Source: an uncultured Candidatus Saccharibacteria bacterium (GTDB lineage Bacteria; Patescibacteriota; CALEFQ01; G965231055). From it: a DNA stretch of 46,333 nt. Each line of letters begins with the position of its first letter. The stretch's first letter is position 1. Below the pieces are notes generated by a model. It was not told the origin of the DNA. It ran no database searches and saw only the letters and a program-made list of their open reading frames with translations. The stretch is taken from assembly GCA_965231055.1 (NCBI GenBank), contig OZ246411.1, forward strand, positions 1-46,333, given 5' to 3'. The translations under genes were made by a program, and so were the position numbers. This document shows, in pieces, positions 25,050-33,777 of this stretch.

Positions 25050-25205
25050 TTAGAGTACGCCGAAATATCTCAATACAAAATGAATACCAACCATAATTAG
25101 ACCAAGAAGCAAAATCCAAAATCCCACTTTTACCAATGTCTTGATAAACATCATCAGGATGCTAAAACCTATGGCGATAATTGCGATTGTTAGAAGTAAT
25201 CCCAT
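25050..25205 (-). CDS. Unlisted small ORF: 51-aa two-TM membrane peptide
   Basis: My own translation of the minus strand gives MGLLLTIAIIAIGFSILMMFIKTLVKVGFWILLLGLIMVGIHFVLRYFGVL. It fills an otherwise empty 186-nt gap. The ORF is below the length cut-off of the supplied track. Confidence 0.4.
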   Translation of the reverse strand: MGLLLTIAIIAIGFSILMMFIKTLVKVGFWILLLGLIMVGIHFVLRYFGVL

Positions 25206-25222
25206 TTATTATATTTTAATTA

Positions 25223-25711
25223 TTAAGAAGCTTTTCTTATTGTATCGCTACCCCAACTTCTGTCATATGGCATTCCTTTTTGAAGACGCTTTGAGTTCTT
25301 CGCCTTAATGGAACGTTCTCTCCTTGGTTGATTGCGGTTTTCCATATCCATTCTTACTGGCTCATGCGAAGGTGAATCTTCTACATCAGTATAAATAGAT
25401 AAATCCTTCTCATGATTTTTAGCTCTAACTCGTAAATCATTTTGAGCTAGCTTTCCTCTGACTTCTGCCAATCTAGCTTTTTGATCCCGAGTATGATCCT
25501 TTTGTGGTTTTGAATCTACCGACATTTTGATCAAAACTCTCTCCATGGCGCTAACAGCTTCTGCTCTTTTTTCCTCTGGCAAATTTTGAATCATAGACTC
25601 GAGCTCTTGGATTTTTCCTGGTTTCAATTCATTTCTTTCATTCAAAAACTCAGTTTTGCGAGGAGATGGTTTAAATTCATTGGGCCAAATGGGCCTTTCT
25701 TGTTTTGACAT
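25223..25711 (-). CDS. Highly charged, basic hypothetical protein
   Basis: A 162-aa ORF rich in K/R/E with no TM helix. No motif was recognised. Confidence 0.45.
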   Translation of the reverse strand: MSKQERPIWPNEFKPSPRKTEFLNERNELKPGKIQELESMIQNLPEEKRAEAVSAMERVLIKMSVDSKPQKDHTRDQKARLAEVRGKLAQNDLRVRAKNHEKDLSIYTDVEDSPSHEPVRMDMENRNQPRRERSIKAKNSKRLQKGMPYDRSWGSDTIRKAS

Positions 25712-25771
25712 TGATTATGAGTATTAATTATATATGTTAATATTTTAGCGCAAAACGGGAGTAAAGTTAAG

Positions 25772-25792
25772 TGAATATTGCCAAAATATTCA
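25772..25792. promoter_or_regulatory. Perfect inverted repeat TGAATATT-N5-AATATTCA in a divergent promoter region (candidate operator)
   Basis: The 8-bp arms are read directly. The repeat lies between the divergent genes ending at 25711 (-) and starting at 25866 (+). Confidence 0.3.
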
Positions 25793-25865
25793 TTTCTGAT
25801 AGTGTATACCCAAGCTAAACAAGGTTGTTTTACGATCTTTAACAATTAATTGAAAGGGGCCAGAA

Positions 25866-26543
25866 ATGCAGTATTTTATTTTGTTGATATCGTTCCTCGC
25901 TATGCAAATATCGATAGCGCAAGCTGAATTGGGATTTTGGCAGTCGGTGGCTTCATACTCCGTAGGAACCATAACTCTCTCAACGCTATTCTCGTTTTCG
26001 ATACACGATAAATGGGGAAAGGAAATGCTATATGCGATATCACTGATAATGGTCATGGCAATATCATCAAATAACTACACAGCAGACTTTTCAAATGCTT
26101 ACACTGTTTTTGCAACTGGCATCATGGTTTCGTTGGGAATAATCATCGGAAGACAAACAATCTTTGTTGAAGATTTTATTCTCAAATACATTGTGATTAT
26201 GGGAATTCCTACGGCAATCATTGTGAGCCGGATAGTCCTTCGAAGATCTTTCGGGAAAGCATTGATGGAAACAGTAATATCTTCTGCAATAATCGGTTTC
26301 CTCATAGCGACTTGCTATCTACAATCCAGCAAAACTCTAAAAATTTTCTGGAAAAGAGAAGTTGTGGCATCAAATCTACATATATTCATCTTCTGGACAA
26401 CTCTTTTTGCCTCAATTATCAAGGCATTAGCAGAAAAAAGCTGGAGCTTCGTTCCAATTTCAACAGTACTGTACATCGCTTCAATACTGATACTGGAACT
26501 TGTGATCTCGCTTCTTCCTTTTCGCTACCCAAAATCAACATAA
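25866..26543 (+). CDS. Polytopic membrane protein, hypothetical
   Basis: A 225-aa ORF with about 7 hydrophobic helices, followed by a terminator at 26565-26603. Confidence 0.55.
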   Translation: MQYFILLISFLAMQISIAQAELGFWQSVASYSVGTITLSTLFSFSIHDKWGKEMLYAISLIMVMAISSNNYTADFSNAYTVFATGIMVSLGIIIGRQTIFVEDFILKYIVIMGIPTAIIVSRIVLRRSFGKALMETVISSAIIGFLIATCYLQSSKTLKIFWKREVVASNLHIFIFWTTLFASIIKALAEKSWSFVPISTVLYIASILILELVISLLPFRYPKST

Positions 26544-26564
26544 TAACAACCTTTCACAACAGAC

Positions 26565-26603
26565 ACCACTCAGCATACCCAAAGGCAACTGAGTGGTTTT
26601 TTT
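26565..26603 (+). terminator. Intrinsic terminator
   Basis: ACCACTCAG-15 nt-CTGAGTGGT followed by T7. Confidence 0.65.
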
Positions 26604-26641
26604 ATTCATTAATCCCAAAGTAAACCAAAAAAATTCACAAA

Positions 26642-26676
26642 CAAAAAAGCCCTTCAGGTCAAAGACCTTGGGGGCT
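26642..26676 (-). terminator. Intrinsic terminator for the 26683..27510 gene
   Basis: AGCCCTTCAGGTC-aaa-GACCTTGGGGGCT, an imperfect stem with G:U pairs. A T-run follows on the minus strand. Confidence 0.6.
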
Positions 26677-26682
26677 TCCTAT

Positions 26683-27510
26683 TCATAAAAGATCAAGCTT
26701 AGATTTGCTCATTTTTTCAGTTTGCATCTCCCACGCATCCTTGCATTCGGAGTAGCATGGATATTTGGTCAGAATCTTGAGTAACTCTCTCGCAAACATT
26801 CTTTCATCAGTTTTTTTATAAGCCTTGCACAGGTTAGCCAGATCAGGCGAATCTAGCCCAAAAGCGATAGTCCATTTACACGTAGATCTGTGAGCGAGAT
26901 ATTCTGACGCGTAATATTCGTTGCAACCTTTGCATCCATAATTTGTTGGGATACCCCTCTCACTTTGCTCTATCCATATTTTATAATGGACTGCTTCGTG
27001 ATCAAGAGTTACCCAGTAATCAAGAACTCTGGCAATTCTTTCTTGAGTATTGGCAACTGAAACCGCGGAGATTTGAGAGATAGTGTGGGCATTTATGACC
27101 AATATAGGCACACCATTATCAACCGCAAACCCGCCTTCACTCCCATCATCTTCAAAATCGATTGTTAATGCCAATTCGCCACTTTGCATTTTTTTATGCA
27201 GAAAGTCCTTCACATTTGGAATCGGACAACTGACAATTAATCTGCGAATATTTTCATCTATAACGGATCCCGCCCATGGGTCTTCGACTGAAAAAGCATG
27301 CAGCTCAGGGATATTGGCGTCAACAACAACTCTTTCGATTTCAGTTTGCGTCGTGCTTTCAGTGTCATAGCAACCTATCATCGAAAAGATGATTGGAGCA
27401 AGAATAAAACCCAAAGCCACAAAACAAAGGCTATAGATAAAACCTCCCCCAAAACCGGCCAAGGCACAATGCACAAACGAACGCTGTCCAAATGGTATGC
27501 TTTTTTTCAC
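26683..27510 (-). CDS. Membrane-anchored hypothetical protein with an HExxH motif and a Cys-rich C-terminal part (possible Zn metallopeptidase)
   Basis: A 275-aa ORF with a GTG start preceded by AAGGAGGA. It has an N-terminal TM helix, an HEAVH motif (..VTLDHEAVHYKIW..) and seven Cys after it. GC is visibly higher than the surroundings. Confidence 0.5.
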   Translation of the reverse strand: MKKSIPFGQRSFVHCALAGFGGGFIYSLCFVALGFILAPIIFSMIGCYDTESTTQTEIERVVVDANIPELHAFSVEDPWAGSVIDENIRRLIVSCPIPNVKDFLHKKMQSGELALTIDFEDDGSEGGFAVDNGVPILVINAHTISQISAVSVANTQERIARVLDYWVTLDHEAVHYKIWIEQSERGIPTNYGCKGCNEYYASEYLAHRSTCKWTIAFGLDSPDLANLCKAYKKTDERMFARELLKILTKYPCYSECKDAWEMQTEKMSKSKLDLL

Positions 27511-27625
27511 AGATATCCTCCTTGTTAATGTGTGAAAAGAACAAAACTATTAATACACAACCATATACGTTACTATTTGTCAAATCACAAACTTAGTGGC
27601 ATAATCAGAATGCATACAAAAACAC

Positions 27626-28165
27626 ATGGCACAAAAACAAATCAAAATTTGGACTATCTGGAGCACGATACTGATAATCATTATCGGCTCGCTTTCTCAT
27701 TTCATGTTTGCATGGCTAGGTTCAGCGAGACCTCTGGCACTAATATTCGCAGTAAATGAAAGTGTCTGGGAGCACCTAAAGTTGGCTTTTTGGCCCACCC
27801 TACTATTTGCAGTAATTGAATTTTTTATAATCAAAAATAAAAATTCAAATTTTTGGCTAGGTAAAGTGGTGAGTCTATATACAATGCCGATAGTAATAGT
27901 GGCTATGTTTTATATATATCACGCGGTCGCATCGGAAAATAATTTAGTGTATGATATAAGTTCCTTTTTTATCGCAGTGATACTTGGGCAATACCTAGGA
28001 TACAAAATAATAACACGAGAAAAGCAACTACTAAGAAGCAATACGACTTCCATTCTACTTTTCATTTTAATATTTTCTGCATTTTCTCTTCTTACTTATT
28101 TCCCTCCAAAACTTCCTATTTTTAAAGATGGAATAACTGGGGAATACGGAATTATGAATAAATAA
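27626..28165 (+). CDS. Small polytopic membrane protein, hypothetical
   Basis: A 179-aa ORF with about 5 TM helices and a conserved-looking NESVWEHLKLAFWP segment. It lies directly upstream of the MacB-type ABC pair. Confidence 0.5.
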   Translation: MAQKQIKIWTIWSTILIIIIGSLSHFMFAWLGSARPLALIFAVNESVWEHLKLAFWPTLLFAVIEFFIIKNKNSNFWLGKVVSLYTMPIVIVAMFYIYHAVASENNLVYDISSFFIAVILGQYLGYKIITREKQLLRSNTTSILLFILIFSAFSLLTYFPPKLPIFKDGITGEYGIMNK

Positions 28166-28187
28166 CAAATTAATTATATTGTAAAAT

Positions 28188-28868
28188 ATGGAAAACATCA
28201 TAGAGTTAAAAAACATAGATAAAGTCTATAAATCAGGAAAACTAGAAGTTAGAGCCTTGTCTGGTATAAACATTTCTATAAAAAAAGGCGAGGTGGTAGC
28301 AATTATGGGACCCTCTGGCTCGGGTAAATCTACGCTGATGAATATTTTGGGACTACTAGATAGACCTACATATGGAGAATTTATGCTTGATGGAAAGCCA
28401 ATTAGCTTGAATATGTCAGATAGAAAGCTTGCAAAGATACGATCAGAAAAAATTGGTTTTATCTTTCAATCCTTCAATCTACTTCCAAAAATGAGTGCGC
28501 TAGAAAATGTCACCCTACCCTCTTTTTACAGCAAAAAGCTTCGTGGAAAAGAAAGAGTAAAAAAAGCAAAACAAATTCTGGAGAGCGTTGGACTGGCAAC
28601 AAGAATAAAGCACAAGCCATCAGAACTCTCAGGAGGAGAAAAACAAAGAGTGGCTATCGCAAGATCTCTAACCAATGATCCAGAAATAATTTTGGCAGAT
28701 GAACCTACTGGAAATCTTGATAGCAAAAGCGGAACCGAAGTAATGAAAATACTCACCAAGCTCAATAAAGAAAAAGGCAAAACTTTGATAATTATCACTC
28801 ACGATCAAAACATATCAAAGCATTGCCAAAGAGTGATTAATTTATTAGATGGCCAAATAAAAATATGA
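28188..28868 (+). CDS. ABC transporter ATP-binding protein (MacB/LolD family)
   Basis: Walker A GPSGSGKST, signature LSGGEKQRVAIAR and Walker B ILADEPTGNLD. It has an ATGA overlap with the permease gene. Confidence 0.92.
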   Translation: MENIIELKNIDKVYKSGKLEVRALSGINISIKKGEVVAIMGPSGSGKSTLMNILGLLDRPTYGEFMLDGKPISLNMSDRKLAKIRSEKIGFIFQSFNLLPKMSALENVTLPSFYSKKLRGKERVKKAKQILESVGLATRIKHKPSELSGGEKQRVAIARSLTNDPEIILADEPTGNLDSKSGTEVMKILTKLNKEKGKTLIIITHDQNISKHCQRVINLLDGQIKI

Positions 28869-30094
28869 TCAATTATTTCAAAAGCGCGATCAAATCAATC
28901 TGGAGCAACAAAGCTAGAAGCTTCCTCACAACACTCGGAATTATTATAGGAGTGACATCGGTTACACTTCTAGTTTCATTAGGACAAGGACTACAAAAAG
29001 ATATGAGTAATCTGATTCAGGGGCTTGGCACCAATGTACTAGTGGTACTCAGCGGAAAAATTGAAATGACCAGTAGCACCTCTATGACGGGGTCAAATTC
29101 AAACATGAATCCTGCAAGCCTAATGTCACAAGATATACTTTCAATAGAAGACGTGAAACTAATAGAGGAAATCGCAGAAACCAAAACAGTAACTCCCATG
29201 TCTCTAGTTTCAAGATCAAATTTGAAATACAAAGACAAAACTCTTACCCCCATGACAATAGGAACCTATCCAAATATTTTGGAAAGTTTTGAACTCATAA
29301 CAATAGATCGGGGAAAGGGGTTTGAATCAAATGATGCTGGAAATGTAATAGTAGTTGGCCCTGGACTAAAAAAAGAATTGTTTGGAGATGAAGATGCGGT
29401 TGGCAAAAAAGTTACGCTAAATAACGAAGATTTTGAAATCATAGGAGTGACCGCTCAGCCCACTTCAACAAGCATGTTTGCCTCGGAATTTGATTTTGTA
29501 GCAGTACTTCCATACGACACCGCGACCAAACTCAACGAAGGCGAAGAAAGTGTATATAGAATTATTATAAAAGCAGATGAAGATGCTGATGTAAATGCTT
29601 TTAAAACAAAAATAGAAGAAACTCTTAAAAATAGTCACGATGGCGAAGAGGATTTCACAGTATTTACCCAGGACGATCTACTTGAAATGTTTGAACAATT
29701 TCTGGGAATGGCGACAGCTCTAGTTTCTGCAATAGCTGCAATCTCACTAATAGTTGGAGGCATAGGAATTATGAATATAATGCTAGTAACAGTAACCGAG
29801 CGCACCAAAGAGATAGGACTTCGTAAGGCCATAGGAGCCACAAAAGGCAATATTTTAGCTCAATTCCTCGTAGAATCAATCATTATCACCTTACTTGGTG
29901 GATTTATAGGACTAGGACTCGCCTTTGCTGGAGGTATCGCAGTAGCATCACAAACTCCTTTAACCCCTTCAATAACTCCAACGGTAATATTGATAGCAGT
30001 GGGGGTTTCGGTATTCATAGGAATTGTATTTGGAATTTGGCCAGCGCTAGTTGCTGCAAAAAAGGATCCGATAGAGGCGCTAAGACACGAATAA
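28865..30094 (+). CDS. ABC transporter permease, MacB/FtsX type
   Basis: A 409-aa ORF with TM1, a large extracytoplasmic domain, and a three-TM FtsX module (..VTERTKEIGLRKAIGATK..). Confidence 0.88.
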   Translation: MINYFKSAIKSIWSNKARSFLTTLGIIIGVTSVTLLVSLGQGLQKDMSNLIQGLGTNVLVVLSGKIEMTSSTSMTGSNSNMNPASLMSQDILSIEDVKLIEEIAETKTVTPMSLVSRSNLKYKDKTLTPMTIGTYPNILESFELITIDRGKGFESNDAGNVIVVGPGLKKELFGDEDAVGKKVTLNNEDFEIIGVTAQPTSTSMFASEFDFVAVLPYDTATKLNEGEESVYRIIIKADEDADVNAFKTKIEETLKNSHDGEEDFTVFTQDDLLEMFEQFLGMATALVSAIAAISLIVGGIGIMNIMLVTVTERTKEIGLRKAIGATKGNILAQFLVESIIITLLGGFIGLGLAFAGGIAVASQTPLTPSITPTVILIAVGVSVFIGIVFGIWPALVAAKKDPIEALRHE

Positions 30095-30108
30095 TCTATC
30101 TAAAAAAG

Positions 30109-30137
30109 AATGCACCTTTTTCACGGGTGCATTTTTA
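30109..30137 (+). terminator. Intrinsic terminator after the ABC pair
   Basis: ATGCACC-loop-GGTGCAT followed by a T-run. Confidence 0.6.
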
Positions 30138-30154
30138 TTCAAGATTTTCTGATT

Positions 30155-30550
30155 TTAAGGAACACTAGTCAATAGTTGATTCTTGATAAATGTAACCATG
30201 CCACTCGTAGAGGTGAATCTTCGCTGAGCAAAGAAACTAGAGCGAAATTTTTGAATAACAAGATTGAGAGATGAACTCACCTGCATGGGAAAATTACCAA
30301 AGACCAATACAACACTATGCGATACATTTCGAAGAAACAGGCTATTCACTTCATTTATTCTCTTTTCCATCACGGAATGGTTTTCTAAAGCATAAATGGC
30401 GATATCAAATTTTCCGCTAGCAATACCACCATTCTGAACTGAGATATTTTTCTCATTAATCCCAGCAAGAATCAATGCTTTAACCAAGGCCTCTCGATAC
30501 GAGTCATTTTCTGAAATCAGCAAAATCGCACTAAGATTTTTTTCGTTCAT
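30155..30550 (-). CDS. Hypothetical protein, possibly a degenerate CheY-like receiver fold
   Basis: A 131-aa ORF with a strong SD (AAGGAGGA). An alternating beta-alpha pattern (ILLISEND.., FDIAIYAL.., VVLVFG) is reminiscent of receiver domains, but the canonical acidic pocket and the T/K residues are not clear. Confidence 0.3.
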   Translation of the reverse strand: MNEKNLSAILLISENDSYREALVKALILAGINEKNISVQNGGIASGKFDIAIYALENHSVMEKRINEVNSLFLRNVSHSVVLVFGNFPMQVSSSLNLVIQKFRSSFFAQRRFTSTSGMVTFIKNQLLTSVP

Positions 30551-30625
30551 AAAATCCTCCTTAAAGAACGTTATTGGCTGTTTAAAATTTAATATACCAT
30601 TGAGTAGAAAAAAGTAAAGTGCAAT

Positions 30626-30658
30626 AAAAAAACCTCGAGCAATTGCTCGAGGTTTTTT
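30626..30658. terminator. Perfect palindromic bidirectional terminator
   Basis: AAAAAAACCTCGAGCAATTGCTCGAGGTTTTTT. Confidence 0.75.
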
Positions 30659-30680
30659 AATTCTTGAAAGTTATGAAAAA

Positions 30681-31460
30681 TTATTGTAACCGCTCCACAT
30701 CACCTGACCCTGAAATAGACTGAGAAACCTCTGGATTGCCCATATATTCCACACCACCACTTCCACTGATTTTAATATCTAGCTTCTCACTTACATTCAT
30801 TTGCACATCACCAGATCCGCTAATCTTAACAACCCCCTCTTTTCCCAAAAGATTGTTTCCAAAGTATTTGCCCGAACCAGAAATATCCAAATCCTGCTTT
30901 TCTGCATTACCATCAAGAGTAAATTCTCCCGAACCAGAAATATTTAGATTTAGATTTACCACATCAATATTTAAGACACCCTCACCACTACCATTTATAT
31001 CTATAACTAGATCATTTGATCTCAATTCATTTAGCGTCTCTATTTCACCTGAACCAGAAATTTTTATAGAATTAAGATCTTTAACTTTTATATCATAGAT
31101 CGTCTCTGTCATGGGAAAGAATAACAAGAAAAACTGTGTTTTAGGTTTTATATTGAGCACGCCATCCACAACTTCTGTTCTTATTTTTGGAACTACCCTA
31201 CTATCTCCTATTATTGTAATTGATTCTTCAGTGCCTTGTGTGATTTTGAGCACACCCGCTCCACTTAAATTTATTTTCTGAAAATCTTTAACTTCTCTAA
31301 CCGATTCGGTGGTTTCACCAGGACCCATAATAACAAAAGATCCGAAAGCAACAGAGACAAAAGCCAAGCCAGCCAGCACTAAGGCTATAATACTAAGCAC
31401 CAAAGCTGTCGTAGCTCTTTTGGAATGTTTTCGTTTTTCTTCAGTTGTTTGGCTTTCCAT
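30681..31460 (-). CDS. Membrane-anchored DUF2807-like (head GIN domain, beta-helix) protein
   Basis: A 259-aa ORF with an N-terminal TM helix and six repeats of the (I/L)SGSG(E/D/K) motif at 20-25 aa intervals, typical of DUF2807. Confidence 0.55.
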   Translation of the reverse strand: MESQTTEEKRKHSKRATTALVLSIIALVLAGLAFVSVAFGSFVIMGPGETTESVREVKDFQKINLSGAGVLKITQGTEESITIIGDSRVVPKIRTEVVDGVLNIKPKTQFFLLFFPMTETIYDIKVKDLNSIKISGSGEIETLNELRSNDLVIDINGSGEGVLNIDVVNLNLNISGSGEFTLDGNAEKQDLDISGSGKYFGNNLLGKEGVVKISGSGDVQMNVSEKLDIKISGSGGVEYMGNPEVSQSISGSGDVERLQ

Positions 31461-31489
31461 GAATTAAAATTAATGGATAAAATAAGATC

Positions 31490-31678
31490 TTATTCGCATT
31501 TGTCTAATTGCATCGGGCTACTTGGATTTCCATGCTTTACCCAGCTACCTTCCTTACAAACCCAAGAATCCTCTGGTCCACCAAAAACAAAACGCAAGAC
31601 TCCGAATATAATCAGAATTATCACTACGATCAATAAAATCCAAAACAATTTTTGATTTCCTTTATTGTCAGTAATCAT
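31490..31678 (-). CDS. Small single-TM protein with an extracellular Cys pair, hypothetical
   Basis: A 62-aa ORF with the TM helix LFWILLIVVIILIIFGVL, followed by ..DSWVCKEGSWVKHGNPSSP...KCE. Confidence 0.5.
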   Translation of the reverse strand: MITDNKGNQKLFWILLIVVIILIIFGVLRFVFGGPEDSWVCKEGSWVKHGNPSSPMQLDKCE

Positions 31679-31689
31679 GTTTTTGAATG

Positions 31690-32280
31690 TTAGTATCCCA
31701 TAAAACTAATATCTGCCCTCGCCATTTTGTGATAAAAATCAAATTCTTCCTTATTGGTTTTTGATTCAAAGAGGACCATATCAAATCCCTCCCAGAACAA
31801 AAACCATCCACCCGGCTCCATAACTATGATAAAAAATGTGACCCAAAAAGAACCCTCTCCAAATTCAAAAGCAAACCAAGCTGCCACAAGCATCAAGATA
31901 GTTCCAAAAATAATATATTTTATGCCTCTCTTGATTATATTCTTTTTTTCTTTTCTTAACTTATCTGCGTGATGCTTGAAGTGATCTTTGAGTCTTCGTT
32001 TTATCACGGCTTCTGTGGAATTACTACGATCCTTTTTTTGAACAAGCAAATGAAGTTCTACGCCCTCACCTTTTTCCATGCTTGCTCTTTTGGCTTCTGA
32101 AAGAAAATCATTGGATAAAGATCTTTTTATGTAGCTCCTGCCATCAAAATCAGAAAAAATATCATCATAACTATCCAAAAACAAACTAATCCTAGATGCT
32201 TCTATAATCTTAGCTTTTTCGTCTTCTTCAAAATTTTCTTTTATAGCTGAGCTCTCCATTTTTTCTTGTAGAAAAGGCAT
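31690..32280 (-). CDS. Hypothetical protein with an acidic N-domain and two C-terminal TM helices
   Basis: A 196-aa ORF with TM helices YIIFGTILMLVAAWFAF and FWVTFFIIVMEPGGWFLFW. No motif was recognised. Confidence 0.5.
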   Translation of the reverse strand: MPFLQEKMESSAIKENFEEDEKAKIIEASRISLFLDSYDDIFSDFDGRSYIKRSLSNDFLSEAKRASMEKGEGVELHLLVQKKDRSNSTEAVIKRRLKDHFKHHADKLRKEKKNIIKRGIKYIIFGTILMLVAAWFAFEFGEGSFWVTFFIIVMEPGGWFLFWEGFDMVLFESKTNKEEFDFYHKMARADISFMGY

Positions 32281-32339
32281 TTTTGTTTTATTAGCTTATT
32301 GGTCAATTATACCAAAAAATGATTTTTTTGTAATCAAAA

Positions 32340-32380
32340 TCCCCCAACCCAAGCCACAAAGTGGCTTAATGATTGGGGGA
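32340..32380 (-). terminator. Terminator hairpin after the heliorhodopsin gene
   Basis: TCCCCCAA ... TTGGGGGA with a nested AAGCCAC-aaa-GTGGCTT. TTTT follows on the minus strand. Confidence 0.6.
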
Positions 32381-32394
32381 CTGAAAACTAATAT

Positions 32395-33216
32395 TTAGAC
32401 TGGTCTAAGAGTGCCTGCCCAGACTTGCCATGCCAAAAGAGATTTGGCAACCAAGCTCAAGACAATATATGTATATTCTCCGTAAAGATAGTTGGACCAC
32501 TTTCCTGTTTTCTTGTACTGCAAAACCATATTAATGGCAAAGATATTGAATGTAACGAGTATTGTACCGAAAATCCAGTACACAAATGTAGGCACTTCTC
32601 CAGCTTCACTACCCGATCCCATAAGATAAATCAAAATTGCAATCCACGGCACAACCCCAGCAATCACTCCAAACCAATAAGGAAGCCATCTGACTTTTGT
32701 CTGACCTTGATTGTAAAGCTCCATCATCCAACCAAACAAGATCATCATGGCATTGAGCGCAAACATAAGCATAAGACTAGCTCCATCATACATTCCAAAA
32801 AGCATCGCAATAACAACTATCATAATCGATGAGCTAAAGCTGTATTCTATCCACCTAGCAGGATTGATTTTTTTCTTCAGATTATTCACATACCAGTTAT
32901 TGATCCCTGGAAGAGCGACTATGAGATGGGCTAGCGCAGAGAGAAACAAGAACGAAGCAACGAGTGGCCCCATCTTTATATCGAATGCAACTTCCTGAAA
33001 TGGCATTACTTTCTGAATAGCTGGATCAAACTTCAAGAAAGAGGTCGTTACAGGGAGAGTAAAATCATTGCTTACTACAAGCATCAAAAAACCCTGAATG
33101 GCGTGAAATATAGCCATTACCACATTGAAAATCCGGAGTTTTTTAAAGCTGATATCCGGCACAGCTTTTTTTTCATTTTTCATTTTTTTGTTTATATTAA
33201 CTTCTATGTTTAGCAT
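32395..33216 (-). CDS. Heliorhodopsin
   Basis: Collinear similarity to heliorhodopsin 48C12, recalled from memory: FHAIQ, LSALAHLIV, RWIEYSFSSSIMIVVIA, ILFGWMMELYN, PYWFGVIAGVVPWIAILIY, KWSNYLYGEYTYIVLSLVAKSLLAWQVWAGTLRP. The Schiff-base Lys (K258, codon 32443-32445) and the counterion Glu (E124) are present. The true start is probably Met12 at 33183, because the first ATG lies inside the -10 box. Confidence 0.9.
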   Translation of the reverse strand: MLNIEVNINKKMKNEKKAVPDISFKKLRIFNVVMAIFHAIQGFLMLVVSNDFTLPVTTSFLKFDPAIQKVMPFQEVAFDIKMGPLVASFLFLSALAHLIVALPGINNWYVNNLKKKINPARWIEYSFSSSIMIVVIAMLFGMYDGASLMLMFALNAMMILFGWMMELYNQGQTKVRWLPYWFGVIAGVVPWIAILIYLMGSGSEAGEVPTFVYWIFGTILVTFNIFAINMVLQYKKTGKWSNYLYGEYTYIVLSLVAKSLLAWQVWAGTLRPV

Positions 33217-33223
33217 TATAGCA
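33215..33223 (-). promoter_or_regulatory. Extended -10 element (TGcTATAAT) for the heliorhodopsin gene
   Basis: The minus strand reads gaTGcTATAATg, immediately after the upstream terminator. Confidence 0.4.
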
Positions 33224-33238
33224 TCTTTATCTCAAAAT

Positions 33239-33264
33239 AAAAAAGGCAGCAACGAATTGCCGCC
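33239..33264 (-). terminator. Terminator after the 33288..33686 gene
   Basis: The minus strand reads GGCGGCAA-ttcg-TTGCTGCC (one mismatch), followed by T6. Confidence 0.6.
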
Positions 33265-33287
33265 TCATTGACAAGCTAATGGACTAG

Positions 33288-33686
33288 TTAGGGAATCGCG
33301 AGGCCGAACACATTCATGGCGTCCTCAATGAATCTGGAATTTTCGATGCCACCATCATTGTCTCCAGAAATAATTTTTCCGTAAATTTGGGAAAGCCTTT
33401 CTTGAAAATTGCTTGAATCGTGCTTGGAAACAATCGCAATGGCAACCACTAACAGGCCGTGACTATCCCCATGAAGCATCGTTTTATAGGCTTCTTCACA
33501 GACAAGCTTGGCATGTTCGGGTGTTAAATCACTACCCGCAATGCAAAGTCCAGCAAAAATCGCCGCACCTTCCGCATCGTATCCAGTAATCCTGTAAATT
33601 GCGTCTGAAAGAACGGGTGGAAAAGATTCTGCAAATTTCTCCCATTCATTCAAAAAACCCAACCTGCAAAGTTCATCTAACCTCAT
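33288..33686 (-). CDS. Small helical hypothetical protein, paralogue B (higher GC)
   Basis: Start taken at Met65 of the listed ORF (MRLDEL..). It is preceded by AGGAGGA 6 nt upstream and lies downstream of a terminator at 33778-33797. It shares the ..VAIAIVSKHD....ERLSQIYG.. block with paralogue A. Confidence 0.6.
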   Translation of the reverse strand: MRLDELCRLGFLNEWEKFAESFPPVLSDAIYRITGYDAEGAAIFAGLCIAGSDLTPEHAKLVCEEAYKTMLHGDSHGLLVVAIAIVSKHDSSNFQERLSQIYGKIISGDNDGGIENSRFIEDAMNVFGLAIP

Positions 33687-33777
33687 AGAATCCTCCTGTT
33701 GTAAAGTAGCGTTATTTTCCACGACATTGTGGTATTTCGAAAAACTAACACTTGCAAAATATTGTGTCAACAAAAAA

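Noticed and set aside
25642-26056. ORFs 25642..25845 (-) and 25790..26056 (-) in and around the divergent promoter region.
   Set aside because: They overlap the starts of better-supported flanking genes and an AT-rich promoter region. They have no RBS and no motif.
33184-33216. The first ATG of the heliorhodopsin ORF (MLNIEVNINKK..).
   Set aside because: This ATG is embedded in the TATAATG of the putative extended -10 box. Met12 (33183) is more likely, but the longer form cannot be excluded without data, so the feature is reported with the outer coordinates.
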